64,000 nt of DNA from an uncultured Thermotogae bacterium (GTDB taxonomy: Bacteria > Bipolaricaulota > Bipolaricaulia > UBA7950 > UBA9294): NCBI GenBank assembly GCA_964570515.1, contig CAZMYM010000002.1:89045-153044 (forward strand), in the 5' to 3' direction. Positions 18,064-26,334 of the stretch are shown here, one piece after another. Numbering within the stretch: position 1 is the stretch's first letter; each line of letters starts with the position of its first letter. The notes below the pieces were generated by a model that was not told the origin of the DNA, did not search any database, and saw only the letters and a program-made list of their open reading frames with translations. The position numbers were made by a program, and so were the translations under genes.

Positions 18064-19255
18064 TTCTTACCCCCATGACGTACTTGATTTCCTTCATTGT
18101 CACGCCCGCCAATGGCTCGACATTCACGTCCACTGTATCGAGTGAATCACAGCCTGGTTCGCCGATCATGAAAAGGTCATCGCATTTTCTGTTGTTCAGC
18201 ACTTCGCCGTGGTCTTCCCAGCTCAGAAGGCGAAGGGCGAACTCCCTTTGAAGCTTGGCACCTGGCTTCTTCAAGCACATTGGCTCTCTGAAGAAACGGG
18301 ACTCCTGGAACTCTCCACCGATGTAGCCGTCTTCCGCGATGACTTCTTTCGCGAATAGGCGACGCTGAATGTCCTGAACCTGATCCCGATTGGCGCAGAG
18401 GCACAAGATGGGCGTGCTGATGTGAGCTGGTTTGAAGTGATACTTGTCGATGTAGTCGGTGATGAAGAGGACGACTTCAGTGTCGTAGTCCTCAATACTA
18501 CGGGGGTCGATAACCAAGTAGCGGAGCCGGGCATTCTTGTCGAGATGAACCTTGAGCTGCTTGCGCCGCGCTTCGAGCAGCCTCTTCCGGGTCTTGAGCG
18601 CCAGCGTCCATCGGGAGATGGCCGTTGTGCGGATAGTCTTGAGAGCAGAAAGGAATTGCTTCTTCGTGATCTGTCGGTCGGTTGGGTCATGCTTCACGCT
18701 GAGCGTGGCGATCATGTGGATCGCGTTTGGATATGCCAGGGTCTCGATCTCGCCTGCCGGAATCCCTTCCGCCTCCAGTTCCTTCGCGACGTGTTCTGTG
18801 ATTTCGTCGTAGCCGGGCCCGAACTTCATGGCAAACCGACCCTCGAAGCTGTCGAGGTCAATGCCTGCTGGAACTGCTTTGACGTGCCTCGCAAGCTCCT
18901 TGTCCTTGGATGCCAACGCTGCCTGCAATATGGTCTTGTCCACAGTGGGGGGCGGTGTACCGACCCCTGGGAAGTGGGCAAAGAGAACGTAGCGGATGTT
19001 CGCGGTCGGATTGTCGGAGAAATGCTTGAGCATCTGGAGCAACGGCTTGTAGACCGCGCTCGCAGTGAAAGCTGTGCTCGCCTCATGGTACTTGCACTGG
19101 ATTGCCGTAAGGGACGCGGGGGAGGCCACCTCGATGTCCTCGACGATGCCCTCAATGGTAATTGTGTCTTCATCTTGGGCTTTCAGTATTTCCAAGGCAG
19201 TCTTGTTGAACTGGTACAAGAAGCCTTGGATTGTGTAGTCAGCAGTACGCGGCAT
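18050..19255 (-). CDS. DUF4297 / Cap4-like dsDNA nuclease-domain protein (HerA partner)
   Basis: 401 aa. The N-terminus TIQGFLYQFNKTALEIL...ITIEGIVEDIEV...AIQCKYH has the GF.YQ ... E.(D/E) ... Q.K PD-(D/E)xK-like pattern of DUF4297. It overlaps herA by 14 nt. Confidence 0.75.
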   Translation of the reverse strand: MPRTADYTIQGFLYQFNKTALEILKAQDEDTITIEGIVEDIEVASPASLTAIQCKYHEASTAFTASAVYKPLLQMLKHFSDNPTANIRYVLFAHFPGVGTPPPTVDKTILQAALASKDKELARHVKAVPAGIDLDSFEGRFAMKFGPGYDEITEHVAKELEAEGIPAGEIETLAYPNAIHMIATLSVKHDPTDRQITKKQFLSALKTIRTTAISRWTLALKTRKRLLEARRKQLKVHLDKNARLRYLVIDPRSIEDYDTEVVLFITDYIDKYHFKPAHISTPILCLCANRDQVQDIQRRLFAKEVIAEDGYIGGEFQESRFFREPMCLKKPGAKLQREFALRLLSWEDHGEVLNNRKCDDLFMIGEPGCDSLDTVDVNVEPLAGVTMKEIKYVMGVRNVHE

Positions 19256-19568
19256 ATTGCATTTCCTTCATGTCAATGCCCAACAATGATTAGTGTACGC
19301 CCATGCATACGAGTATCGCGGCGACCCCTCGCCCAGTTCGCCTCGCTCGTTCGTTGTTTCCCTCACTCCCATCCTCTCATATTGACATTGGTATCCTTGC
19401 TTGCCATCCTACAACCATGAGACTTCTCGATCCAGTTCCTGAAGCGTGCGTGACGAAGGATTGCTCCCCGCGGACGGAGGGAATCTACATGAGGTGGATC
19501 AGCAGGGTGCGTGTGTTGCATTTCTTCGCTCCCCTTGTACAATCCGCGCGCATCGTGAGGGGAGAGAA

Positions 19569-20756
19569 ATGCTAGAACGGAACGTGGTTCTCGGCGTCAC
19601 CGGGTCGATCGCGGCCTACAAGGCGGTCGATCTGGCGAGCAAGCTGACGCAGGCCGGCGTCTCGGTCTACACGGTGATGACCGAGAGCGCGACGAAGCTC
19701 GTCGGTGAGGCGTCGTTCCGTGCGATTACCGGGCTCCCTGTCTCCACGCGCATGTTCGAACTCACGAACCCGCACTCCATCGAGCACATCTCACTTTCCG
19801 AAGTCGCGGATCTGCTGCTGATCGCCCCTGCTACGGCCAACGTCCTGGCCAAACTGGCGAACGGGATCGCCGACGATCTTCTGACTTGCACGGCACTTGC
19901 CACGCGGGCGCCGCTCCTCGTCGCACCGGCGATGCACACGGCGATGTGGGAGCACCCGGCAACCCAGGCAAACGTGAAGACGCTGCGCGACCGCGGCGTG
20001 AGCTTCGTCGGACCGGCGGTCGGACGACTCGCCTCCGGCGGATACGGATCGGGCCGTTTCTCCCCTGTTACCGAGATCCTCGGCAAGGCGCTCCGAATCC
20101 TCGGGCGCTCGGGCGACCTCGCGGGACGAAGAATCCTCGTCAGTACCGGTGGAACGCGCGAGCCGATCGACCCGGTACGCTTCCTCGGCAATCGGTCGAC
20201 AGGGAAGATGGGTTTCGCGCTGGCCGAGGCCGCGCGGGATCGAGGAGCCGAGGTCACATTGATCGCCGGGCCGACGCAACTCGCCTCGCCGTCGGGCGTC
20301 GACGTCGTCAACGTCGAGACGGCAGCCGACATGCTTGAGGCTGTCCGCACCGCCTGCGGCGACGCAGAGGCACTGATCATGGCCGCCGCGGTCGCGGACT
20401 GGACTCCTGCTTCTCCCTCGACGTCCAAACTCAAGAAATCAGAGGCTGAGTTTCTCCTGCGCCTGGTCCGGACAGACGATGTGCTAGGGTCCATTGAAGG
20501 ACCGGCCGTTCGCGTCGGGTTTGCCGCGGAGACCGACGACCTCGTCGGGAGTGCGCGGAAGAAACTCGAGGCCAAGCGGCTCGACCTGATCGTCGCTAAC
20601 GATGTCGGCGGGCCGGATTCCCCGTTCGGGTCCGACACGAATCAAGCGTTCCTGATCAACGCAACAGGCGAAGTAGAAGAACTGCCTCGCCTCTCGAAGC
20701 GCGATCTCGCGGACCGGATCCTCGACCGGGTCCGGGATCTTCTCGACGCACGCTAG
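19569..20756 (+). CDS. coaBC: Bifunctional phosphopantothenoylcysteine decarboxylase / phosphopantothenate-cysteine ligase
   Basis: Flavoprotein motif VVLGVTGSIAAYKAVDLASKL followed by a CoaB domain. The start was moved to ATG 19569, which is preceded by GGGGAGAG; the track ORF starts at 19446. Confidence 0.9.
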   Translation: MLERNVVLGVTGSIAAYKAVDLASKLTQAGVSVYTVMTESATKLVGEASFRAITGLPVSTRMFELTNPHSIEHISLSEVADLLLIAPATANVLAKLANGIADDLLTCTALATRAPLLVAPAMHTAMWEHPATQANVKTLRDRGVSFVGPAVGRLASGGYGSGRFSPVTEILGKALRILGRSGDLAGRRILVSTGGTREPIDPVRFLGNRSTGKMGFALAEAARDRGAEVTLIAGPTQLASPSGVDVVNVETAADMLEAVRTACGDAEALIMAAAVADWTPASPSTSKLKKSEAEFLLRLVRTDDVLGSIEGPAVRVGFAAETDDLVGSARKKLEAKRLDLIVANDVGGPDSPFGSDTNQAFLINATGEVEELPRLSKRDLADRILDRVRDLLDAR

Positions 20757-20763
20757 GAAGGCC

Positions 20764-21672
20764 ATGACACCTTCGGACACGCCACGTCTCGGATTCGTCG
20801 GCCCCGGCACGGCAGGCACCGCGCTCGCTCGCTGCCTCGCCTCGGTCGGCTACCGCGTCGTGGCGATCTTCGGACGAAACACCGAGTGTGCATCGCGCGT
20901 CGCCGGCGACATCGCAGGAGCGCACGCTGCTGCGAGCGCGCAGCATGTCGTCGACGCTGCGGATGTCGTCTTCCTCACGGTGCCCGACGACGCGATCCAA
21001 TCGGTGGCCGAGCGTCTCGCCTGGGCTCCCGGGAAAAGCGCGGTTCACTGCTCCGGCGCAACCTCGCTCGATGTTCTGGAGCACGCGAGGGCAGAGGGCG
21101 CAGACGTGGGGGCTTTTCATCCGCTGCAAACGTTCGCCAATCCGGGACAGGCGGAGAGGAACCTTCCCGGCTCAGCCTTCGCGATCGAGGCATCCGCTCC
21201 GGCTCTGGCGAGATCGCTCGCCGCGATGGCGACTGCCCTCGGCGGGAAGCCGCTCGTTCTGCGTGGAGACAAGGCGCTCTACCACGCGAGCGCCGTCATC
21301 GCCTGCAACTACCTGGTCACGCTCCTCGACGCCGCGGCCGGCCTGTGGGCACACTTGGGTCTCACGAAGGAGGAGGGCCTGCGCGCCCTCCTCCCACTCG
21401 TCCGAGGAACGATCGAAAACCTGGAAGCCGTGGGCCTGCCCGATGCGCTAACGGGCCCCGTCGCACGAGGTGATGTTGGGACCATCGAACGGAATCTCAA
21501 GGCGCTCGCAGAGTTCTCGCCGGAACAGGTCGACTTGTATACGGAACTCGCACGAAGGACGATTCCCATCGCTCGGGCAAAGGGAACACTCACTGAGTCT
21601 GACGCCAAAAGGCTTCTCGAGTACCTGAAGGCGGCTGCGAAGCGGCCGCTCGACGTCCAAGAAACGAGGTGA
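20764..21672 (+). CDS. Rossmann-fold / DUF2520-type oxidoreductase, candidate ketopantoate reductase substitute
   Basis: 302 aa. GFVGPGTAGTALARCL dinucleotide-binding motif and a C-terminal LTGPVARGD signature. The gene is embedded between coaBC and panB. Confidence 0.65.
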   Translation: MTPSDTPRLGFVGPGTAGTALARCLASVGYRVVAIFGRNTECASRVAGDIAGAHAAASAQHVVDAADVVFLTVPDDAIQSVAERLAWAPGKSAVHCSGATSLDVLEHARAEGADVGAFHPLQTFANPGQAERNLPGSAFAIEASAPALARSLAAMATALGGKPLVLRGDKALYHASAVIACNYLVTLLDAAAGLWAHLGLTKEEGLRALLPLVRGTIENLEAVGLPDALTGPVARGDVGTIERNLKALAEFSPEQVDLYTELARRTIPIARAKGTLTESDAKRLLEYLKAAAKRPLDVQETR

Positions 21673-22517
21673 ACGTGATGCGCGTCACAATTGCGGACAT
21701 CCGAAAGTACAAGGAAAAGGGTGAGCGGTTCGCAGCCATCACCGCCTACGACGTGGTGACGGCACGTCTCGTCGACGAGGCCGGGATCCCGCTCATTCTC
21801 GTCGGCGACAGCCTGGGGATGGTCGTTCTCGGGTACGACAGCACGATTCCGGTCACACTCGACGACATCATTCACCACACCCGCGCCGTCGTTCGCGGGA
21901 GTCAGCGTGCGTTGATCGTCGCCGACCTTCCATTCATGACGTACCAGAAGTCGGCGGAGCAGGCGCTCGAGAGCGCCGGGCGCTGTCTCCAGGAAGGCGG
22001 CGCACAGGCCGTCAAACTCGAGGGCGGCAGGGCGGTCGCCGCCACCGTCGCCCGTCTGACGGAGGCGGGCATTCCCGTGATGGGGCACCTCGGTCTGACG
22101 CCGCAGTCGATTCATCAGCTCGGCGGATTCAAGGCTCAGGGGAAGAGCGTCGAGCGGGCACGCGAGCTGCTCGAGGATGCGCTCGCACTGCAGGGGGCCG
22201 GCGCCTTTGCCATCGTGCTCGAGTGTGTCCCTGCCGAGCTTTCGAAGCTCATCACCGAGCGTCTGGCCATTCCGACCGTGGGCATCGGCGCCGGCCCGCA
22301 CTGCGATGCCGAGATCCAAGTGGTCAGCGATACGCTGGGCTGGTTCTCCGACTTCGTGCCCAAGCACGCGCGGCAGTTCGCCAAGCTCGCTGACGTAGCA
22401 GCCTCCGCGCTACGCGAGTACGTTGACGAAGTGAAGGCAGGAACGTTCCCAACCGCAAAGGAGTCGGTCTCCGTCTCCGAAGACGTGATCCGAGCGGTAG
22501 AGGAGGCAGACGGCTAG
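21669..22517 (+). CDS. panB: 3-methyl-2-oxobutanoate hydroxymethyltransferase
   Basis: AAITAYDVVTARLVDEAGIPLILVGDSLGMVVLGYDST and VKLEGG motifs. GTGA overlap with the upstream gene; an alternative ATG lies at 21678. Confidence 0.9.
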   Translation: MNVMRVTIADIRKYKEKGERFAAITAYDVVTARLVDEAGIPLILVGDSLGMVVLGYDSTIPVTLDDIIHHTRAVVRGSQRALIVADLPFMTYQKSAEQALESAGRCLQEGGAQAVKLEGGRAVAATVARLTEAGIPVMGHLGLTPQSIHQLGGFKAQGKSVERARELLEDALALQGAGAFAIVLECVPAELSKLITERLAIPTVGIGAGPHCDAEIQVVSDTLGWFSDFVPKHARQFAKLADVAASALREYVDEVKAGTFPTAKESVSVSEDVIRAVEEADG

Positions 22518-23369
22518 GTGGACGTCGTAGGGACGATCGAGGCCTATCGGAAGCTGCGGTCCGACCTCCCGGAGCCGGTCGGCTTCGTGCCGACGATGGG
22601 CTATCTGCATGAGGGGCACTTGTCCCTCGTTCGGCATGCGAAACGTGCCGCGGCGTCCGTCGTCGCCAGCATCTTCGTCAACCCGTCGCAGTTCGCGCCC
22701 TCGGAGGATCTCACCGCGTACCCCCGAGATCTCGATCGGGATCTGAAGCTTCTCGAAGCCGAGGGCGTCGACCTCGTCTTCGTCCCGACGGTGGAGGAGA
22801 TGTACCCGAACGGGTTCGATACCTGGGTCGACGTCGAGGAACTCACGCAGCGACTCGAAGGGGCGTCCCGGCCGACTCACTTCCGTGGCGTCGCGACCGT
22901 CGTCTGTAAGCTATTCAACATCGTCCAGCCGCAGATCGCGGTTTTCGGGCAGAAGGACGCGCAGCAGGCGCTCGTCATCCACCGAGCGATCCGAGATCTC
23001 GGATTCGACATCGACCTGATCGTCGCGCCGACGGTGCGCGAAGCTGACGGACTTGCGATGAGCAGCCGCAACGCGTACTTGACGCCTGAGGAGAGGGAGG
23101 CCGCCACCGCTCTCTGCCGCTCTCTAAGACACGCAGAGAACCTGTTCGCCGGGGGGGAACGCAATGCCGAGAATCTCCACCACGCAATGATGGAGATTCT
23201 CGAAGCTGAAGCTCTGCTTCAGCCAATCTACGTCAGCATCGCCGACGTACTGGCCCTTGAGGAACTCGAGACGATCGACCGCAAGGCGCTCGTCTCCCTC
23301 GCGGTGCGCGTCGGCAACGCTCGCCTGATTGACAATGTGGTCCTGCCAACTGGAGAGGGACTGCTGTGA
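22518..23369 (+). CDS. panC: Pantoate--beta-alanine ligase
   Basis: VPTMGYLHEGHLSLV motif. 283 aa with a GTG start directly after the panB stop. Confidence 0.9.
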   Translation: MDVVGTIEAYRKLRSDLPEPVGFVPTMGYLHEGHLSLVRHAKRAAASVVASIFVNPSQFAPSEDLTAYPRDLDRDLKLLEAEGVDLVFVPTVEEMYPNGFDTWVDVEELTQRLEGASRPTHFRGVATVVCKLFNIVQPQIAVFGQKDAQQALVIHRAIRDLGFDIDLIVAPTVREADGLAMSSRNAYLTPEEREAATALCRSLRHAENLFAGGERNAENLHHAMMEILEAEALLQPIYVSIADVLALEELETIDRKALVSLAVRVGNARLIDNVVLPTGEGLL

Positions 23370-23461
23370 AGTTGCGAACGTGTGAGAGGGCGATGCGCGC
23401 TCGAAGAGCGCGCCGTCTCATTGACAATACCGTGCTGCCGCCAGGGGAGGGATTCCTATGA
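23319..23461 (+). repeat. Diverged direct duplication of the panC 3' end (copy 1 about 23319-23369, copy 2 about 23409-23461)
   Basis: ATTGACAATGTGGTCCTGCCAACTGGAGAGGGACTGCTGTGA against ATTGACAATACCGTGCTGCCGCCAGGGGAGGGATTCCTATGA, offset 92 bp and about 30/42 identical by hand. Both read in frame as (A)RLIDN.VLP.GEG.L*. Confidence 0.7.
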
Positions 23462-24237
23462 TTCTCGTCGGAGACGTAGGCAACACGCAGACCGTCCTCG
23501 GTCTGTGCGACGAAGAGCAGCTTGTCGAGCACTGGCGCCTCACGACCGACCGGAATCGGACGTGCGACGAGCTGGCGATTCTCGTCCGCGGGCTTGTACG
23601 GGAACGGCAGCACTCTGCCGGCGAGGTCGACGGCATCGCAGTCGCCTCCGTCGTCCCTTCGCTTCATCGCGCTCTCCACGGAGGCCTCTCGAAGGTCTTC
23701 GGGATTGAGCCACGCTTCCTCACGCCCGCGAACTGCGGCATCCGCCTTGACGTCAAGGAGCCCCACGCGGTGGGCGCCGACCGGATCGCCAACACGATCG
23801 GCGCTCATGCCCTCCTTGGCGGCCCCTGTCTTGTGATCGACTTCGGCACAGCGACGAACTTCGACCTCGTCGGAGAGGACGGAGCATTTCTAGGCGGGGC
23901 GATCGCTCCCGAGATGCAGCTCGCCGCGCAAGCGCTCACCGATCGCGCAGCGCAGCTCCACTCAATCCCGCTCGAAGTCCCCGCCTCCGTCCTCGGCAAG
24001 ACGACGACCGAGAATCTTCAAGCGGGGATCGTCCTCGGCTTCCTCGACCTCGTCGACGGACTCATCCGAAGATTCCGACAGGAGCTCCCGACGATCGGCC
24101 GCGTCATTGCGACCGGGGGCAATGGCGAGCTCTTCGCGCGACAACTCGATGCGATCGACGAGTACGTTCCGTTTCTTACACTCAGAGGCCTGCGGACATG
24201 GTGGGATCTGAAAGCGGATGACCTCGCCAGCGGCTAG
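23458..24237 (+). CDS. coaX: Type III pantothenate kinase
   Basis: MILVGDVGNTQTVLGL, GADRIANTIGA and the ASKHA fold pattern. 259 aa. Confidence 0.9.
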   Translation: MILVGDVGNTQTVLGLCDEEQLVEHWRLTTDRNRTCDELAILVRGLVRERQHSAGEVDGIAVASVVPSLHRALHGGLSKVFGIEPRFLTPANCGIRLDVKEPHAVGADRIANTIGAHALLGGPCLVIDFGTATNFDLVGEDGAFLGGAIAPEMQLAAQALTDRAAQLHSIPLEVPASVLGKTTTENLQAGIVLGFLDLVDGLIRRFRQELPTIGRVIATGGNGELFARQLDAIDEYVPFLTLRGLRTWWDLKADDLASG

Positions 24238-24264
24238 TCGCCTGACATCCTTCGAGCCGAGGAA

Positions 24265-25053
24265 CTAGGGTCCCGTGCCAAGCTGTGCCGGATCGAACAG
24301 GGCTGGATCGAGTTCGTCCGTGCCGATTTCGAGGATCTCGGAGACCGTGAGTCGGTCGACGAGGATGCGATTCTCGATCCGCTGCACGCTGACGTAGACG
24401 TCCTCGTCACCCCGCGTGACGTATTTCCCGTAGAAAACCTCGTAGAAGGCAAGTCCGCTGATGGCATAGAGGACAACGGAGCTCGGTTGGAACGTCTCCG
24501 GATCGGCCTTCACAGTAGCGGCCTGGAAGGCCACAGTGAAGTCGACGGCGACGAGATCGATTTCGAGAATCTCGACACCATCCTCTCCGGTCACCGTACG
24601 TCGTTCCTCGATCGTGTAGTCGTCCGCGAAGCGGATGCCTGCCGTCTGCGCCACAGCAGAGTCGCCGAACACGGCCGTGTTCCCGCCGACCTTGAGAGGC
24701 TCGTCGAGATCGGGGCCAAAGAAGAAGGCTCCATCACTGATCGCGATGTAGATCTGGCCTGCTAGTTCTTCCGGCGACAGGAACTCGATCCGGCTGGCGT
24801 CGGCGCCATCCAGTTCGCCAAACAGAAGCAGCACTTCGGCCTCGCGAATCTCGTCGGCTGTCTCGGAGACGATCCGCGTTCGAAGCGACGTCACATCGGC
24901 ATCGAAGAAGCGGAAGTCGTCGAAGGTCGCGAGGAGATCGGCATCGCTTAGGACCTCTTGGGAAGCTGCGCCGAGTGAGAGCGCCAGCAGGCTGATCAAG
25001 AGGAGGGTTGTCATTGTCGTTATCTTCGTCTGTGTCATGGTCGTTATCTTCAT
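24265..25053 (-). CDS. Secreted LolA-like / lipoprotein-sorting-like protein (memory-based family call)
   Basis: 262 aa with an N-terminal signal anchor. It is the last gene of the ATPase-FtsX-FtsX cluster. Several in-frame ATGs arise from a 5' tandem duplication. Confidence 0.5.
   Translation of the reverse strand: MKITTMTQTKITTMTTLLLISLLALSLGAASQEVLSDADLLATFDDFRFFDADVTSLRTRIVSETADEIREAEVLLLFGELDGADASRIEFLSPEELAGQIYIAISDGAFFFGPDLDEPLKVGGNTAVFGDSAVAQTAGIRFADDYTIEERRTVTGEDGVEILEIDLVAVDFTVAFQAATVKADPETFQPSSVVLYAISGLAFYEVFYGKYVTRGDEDVYVSVQRIENRILVDRLTVSEILEIGTDELDPALFDPAQLGTGP
25009..25050. repeat. 24-bp tandem duplication at the 5' end of the LolA-like gene
   Basis: GTCATTGTCGTTATCTTC (25009-25026) and GTCATGGTCGTTATCTTC (25033-25050) encode MKITTMTQTKITTMTT. 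Confidence 0.8.
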
Positions 25054-25086
25054 GATGGTCCTTTCAGTCCTCCCGGTTCACGCTGC

Positions 25087-26334
25087 TTATACACTCCGAA
25101 GGGCATCAACGATTCGCGTGCGCGCGTTCTTCCTGGATGGATAGAGGGCGCTGACCAGGGTCGCGCCCAGCGCGGTGAGAAACGGGATCATGAGTGTCGA
25201 CAGATCGAGCCGGAGCCGGATCGCTTGAGGAATCGCCGCCCCGGGCGGCGTCCAGGCGAAGCCAACGGCGTTGAAGATCAACGCGACGCCCACGCCCACG
25301 CCCACGCCCGCCAGGCCACCGATCAGCCCAAGCCAGACACCCTCAGCCAGGAAGGTTCGGAAGACGGTCGATGGAAGCGTCCCGAGGGCTCGAAGCGTTC
25401 CGATCTCGCGCGTCCGTTCGAGGAAGGCGATCGTCAACACCTCGAGGACACTGAAGAAGACGAGGACGAAGACTGCGATCCCGGCCAAACCGGAGAAGCC
25501 GGCGTAGAACGATTGGAGGGATTCGTAGCTCGGATTGAGTATCTCCCAGGTGCGCGTCACGAGCGGGATGCCCTCAGCCTTCAGCTTCTCCGACAACGAG
25601 GCGGCGACGGCGTCCGCGTCATCGAGATCACTCAGACGCACCAAGATGCGCTCGACACCGTCCGTCTTCAGCAGACGCTGAACGAACGAGATCGGGAAGA
25701 CGGCTAGCTGCTTCTCGACCTCTTCAATGCTGTAGACCATCTCGCCGGCGACATCGACGCTTGCGGCGTTGAATGCCCCGGATACCGTTCCGGTGGCGAT
25801 GCTGATTCGATCGCCGGTGGTCACGCCCAGCTTGCGTGCCAGCGCCCGACCGAGGATGGCCTGGCGGTCGGAGCCGCCATTCTCCGGCAGAGCCATACCC
25901 TTGGTGATGACACACTCGTAGTCCTGAACGGGGTTGCAGGGCACGACGCCCTGCCCGATGACCAGCGTGCTACCGGTTGCATCCCCGATCAGCCCGGCGA
26001 AATCGAGCCGCCAGGTCAGGCTCGCGACGCCCGGCTCGGCCCGTACGATCTCGATGACTCGATCCAGGATCTCCGGCGCAATGAGGTACTCGTAGCCCTC
26101 GCCGGTGTTCTCGAACAGGCGCGCATCGGCGATCTGCAACGCGCCCGTCTCGTCAGCGAATGATTGCTTCGTCGAGCGGAGCGCCTCGCCGATGAATCCG
26201 AGCAGGAACAACAGAATCGAGATGCCGACGATCATCACCGCCAGCGAGAAGGCGGTTCGGCGCCGATTCCGGAAGACGTTTCTCAGAGCCAATCTCCAGG
26301 TCATCTCGCGCCCCTTGCTCTCTTCATTACTCAA
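25087..26334 (-). CDS. ABC transporter permease, FtsX/MacB/LolE-like
   Basis: 415 aa with an N-terminal TM, a large periplasmic loop and a C-terminal FtsX domain containing FLERTREIGTLRALGT. Alternative start at 26304. Confidence 0.85.
   Translation of the reverse strand: MSNEESKGREMTWRLALRNVFRNRRRTAFSLAVMIVGISILLFLLGFIGEALRSTKQSFADETGALQIADARLFENTGEGYEYLIAPEILDRVIEIVRAEPGVASLTWRLDFAGLIGDATGSTLVIGQGVVPCNPVQDYECVITKGMALPENGGSDRQAILGRALARKLGVTTGDRISIATGTVSGAFNAASVDVAGEMVYSIEEVEKQLAVFPISFVQRLLKTDGVERILVRLSDLDDADAVAASLSEKLKAEGIPLVTRTWEILNPSYESLQSFYAGFSGLAGIAVFVLVFFSVLEVLTIAFLERTREIGTLRALGTLPSTVFRTFLAEGVWLGLIGGLAGVGVGVGVALIFNAVGFAWTPPGAAIPQAIRLRLDLSTLMIPFLTALGATLVSALYPSRKNARTRIVDALRSV

Larger units (their letters stand above)
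12392..19440. other. Accessory/defence island 1 (approximate borders)
   Basis: Six minus-strand non-housekeeping genes lie between ppdK and coaBC. G+C is lower at the right end: hand count 30/60 at 17161-17220 against 37/60 at 20041-20100. Confidence 0.6.

Noticed and set aside
21309-22367. 352-aa minus-strand ORF
   Set aside because: It is antisense to the DUF2520 and panB genes and has shadow-ORF composition.
25291-25316. Hexanucleotide microsatellite (CGCCCA)n encoding GVGVGVGV
   Set aside because: It is a short in-frame repeat within a TM helix of the FtsX permease and is compositional rather than functional.
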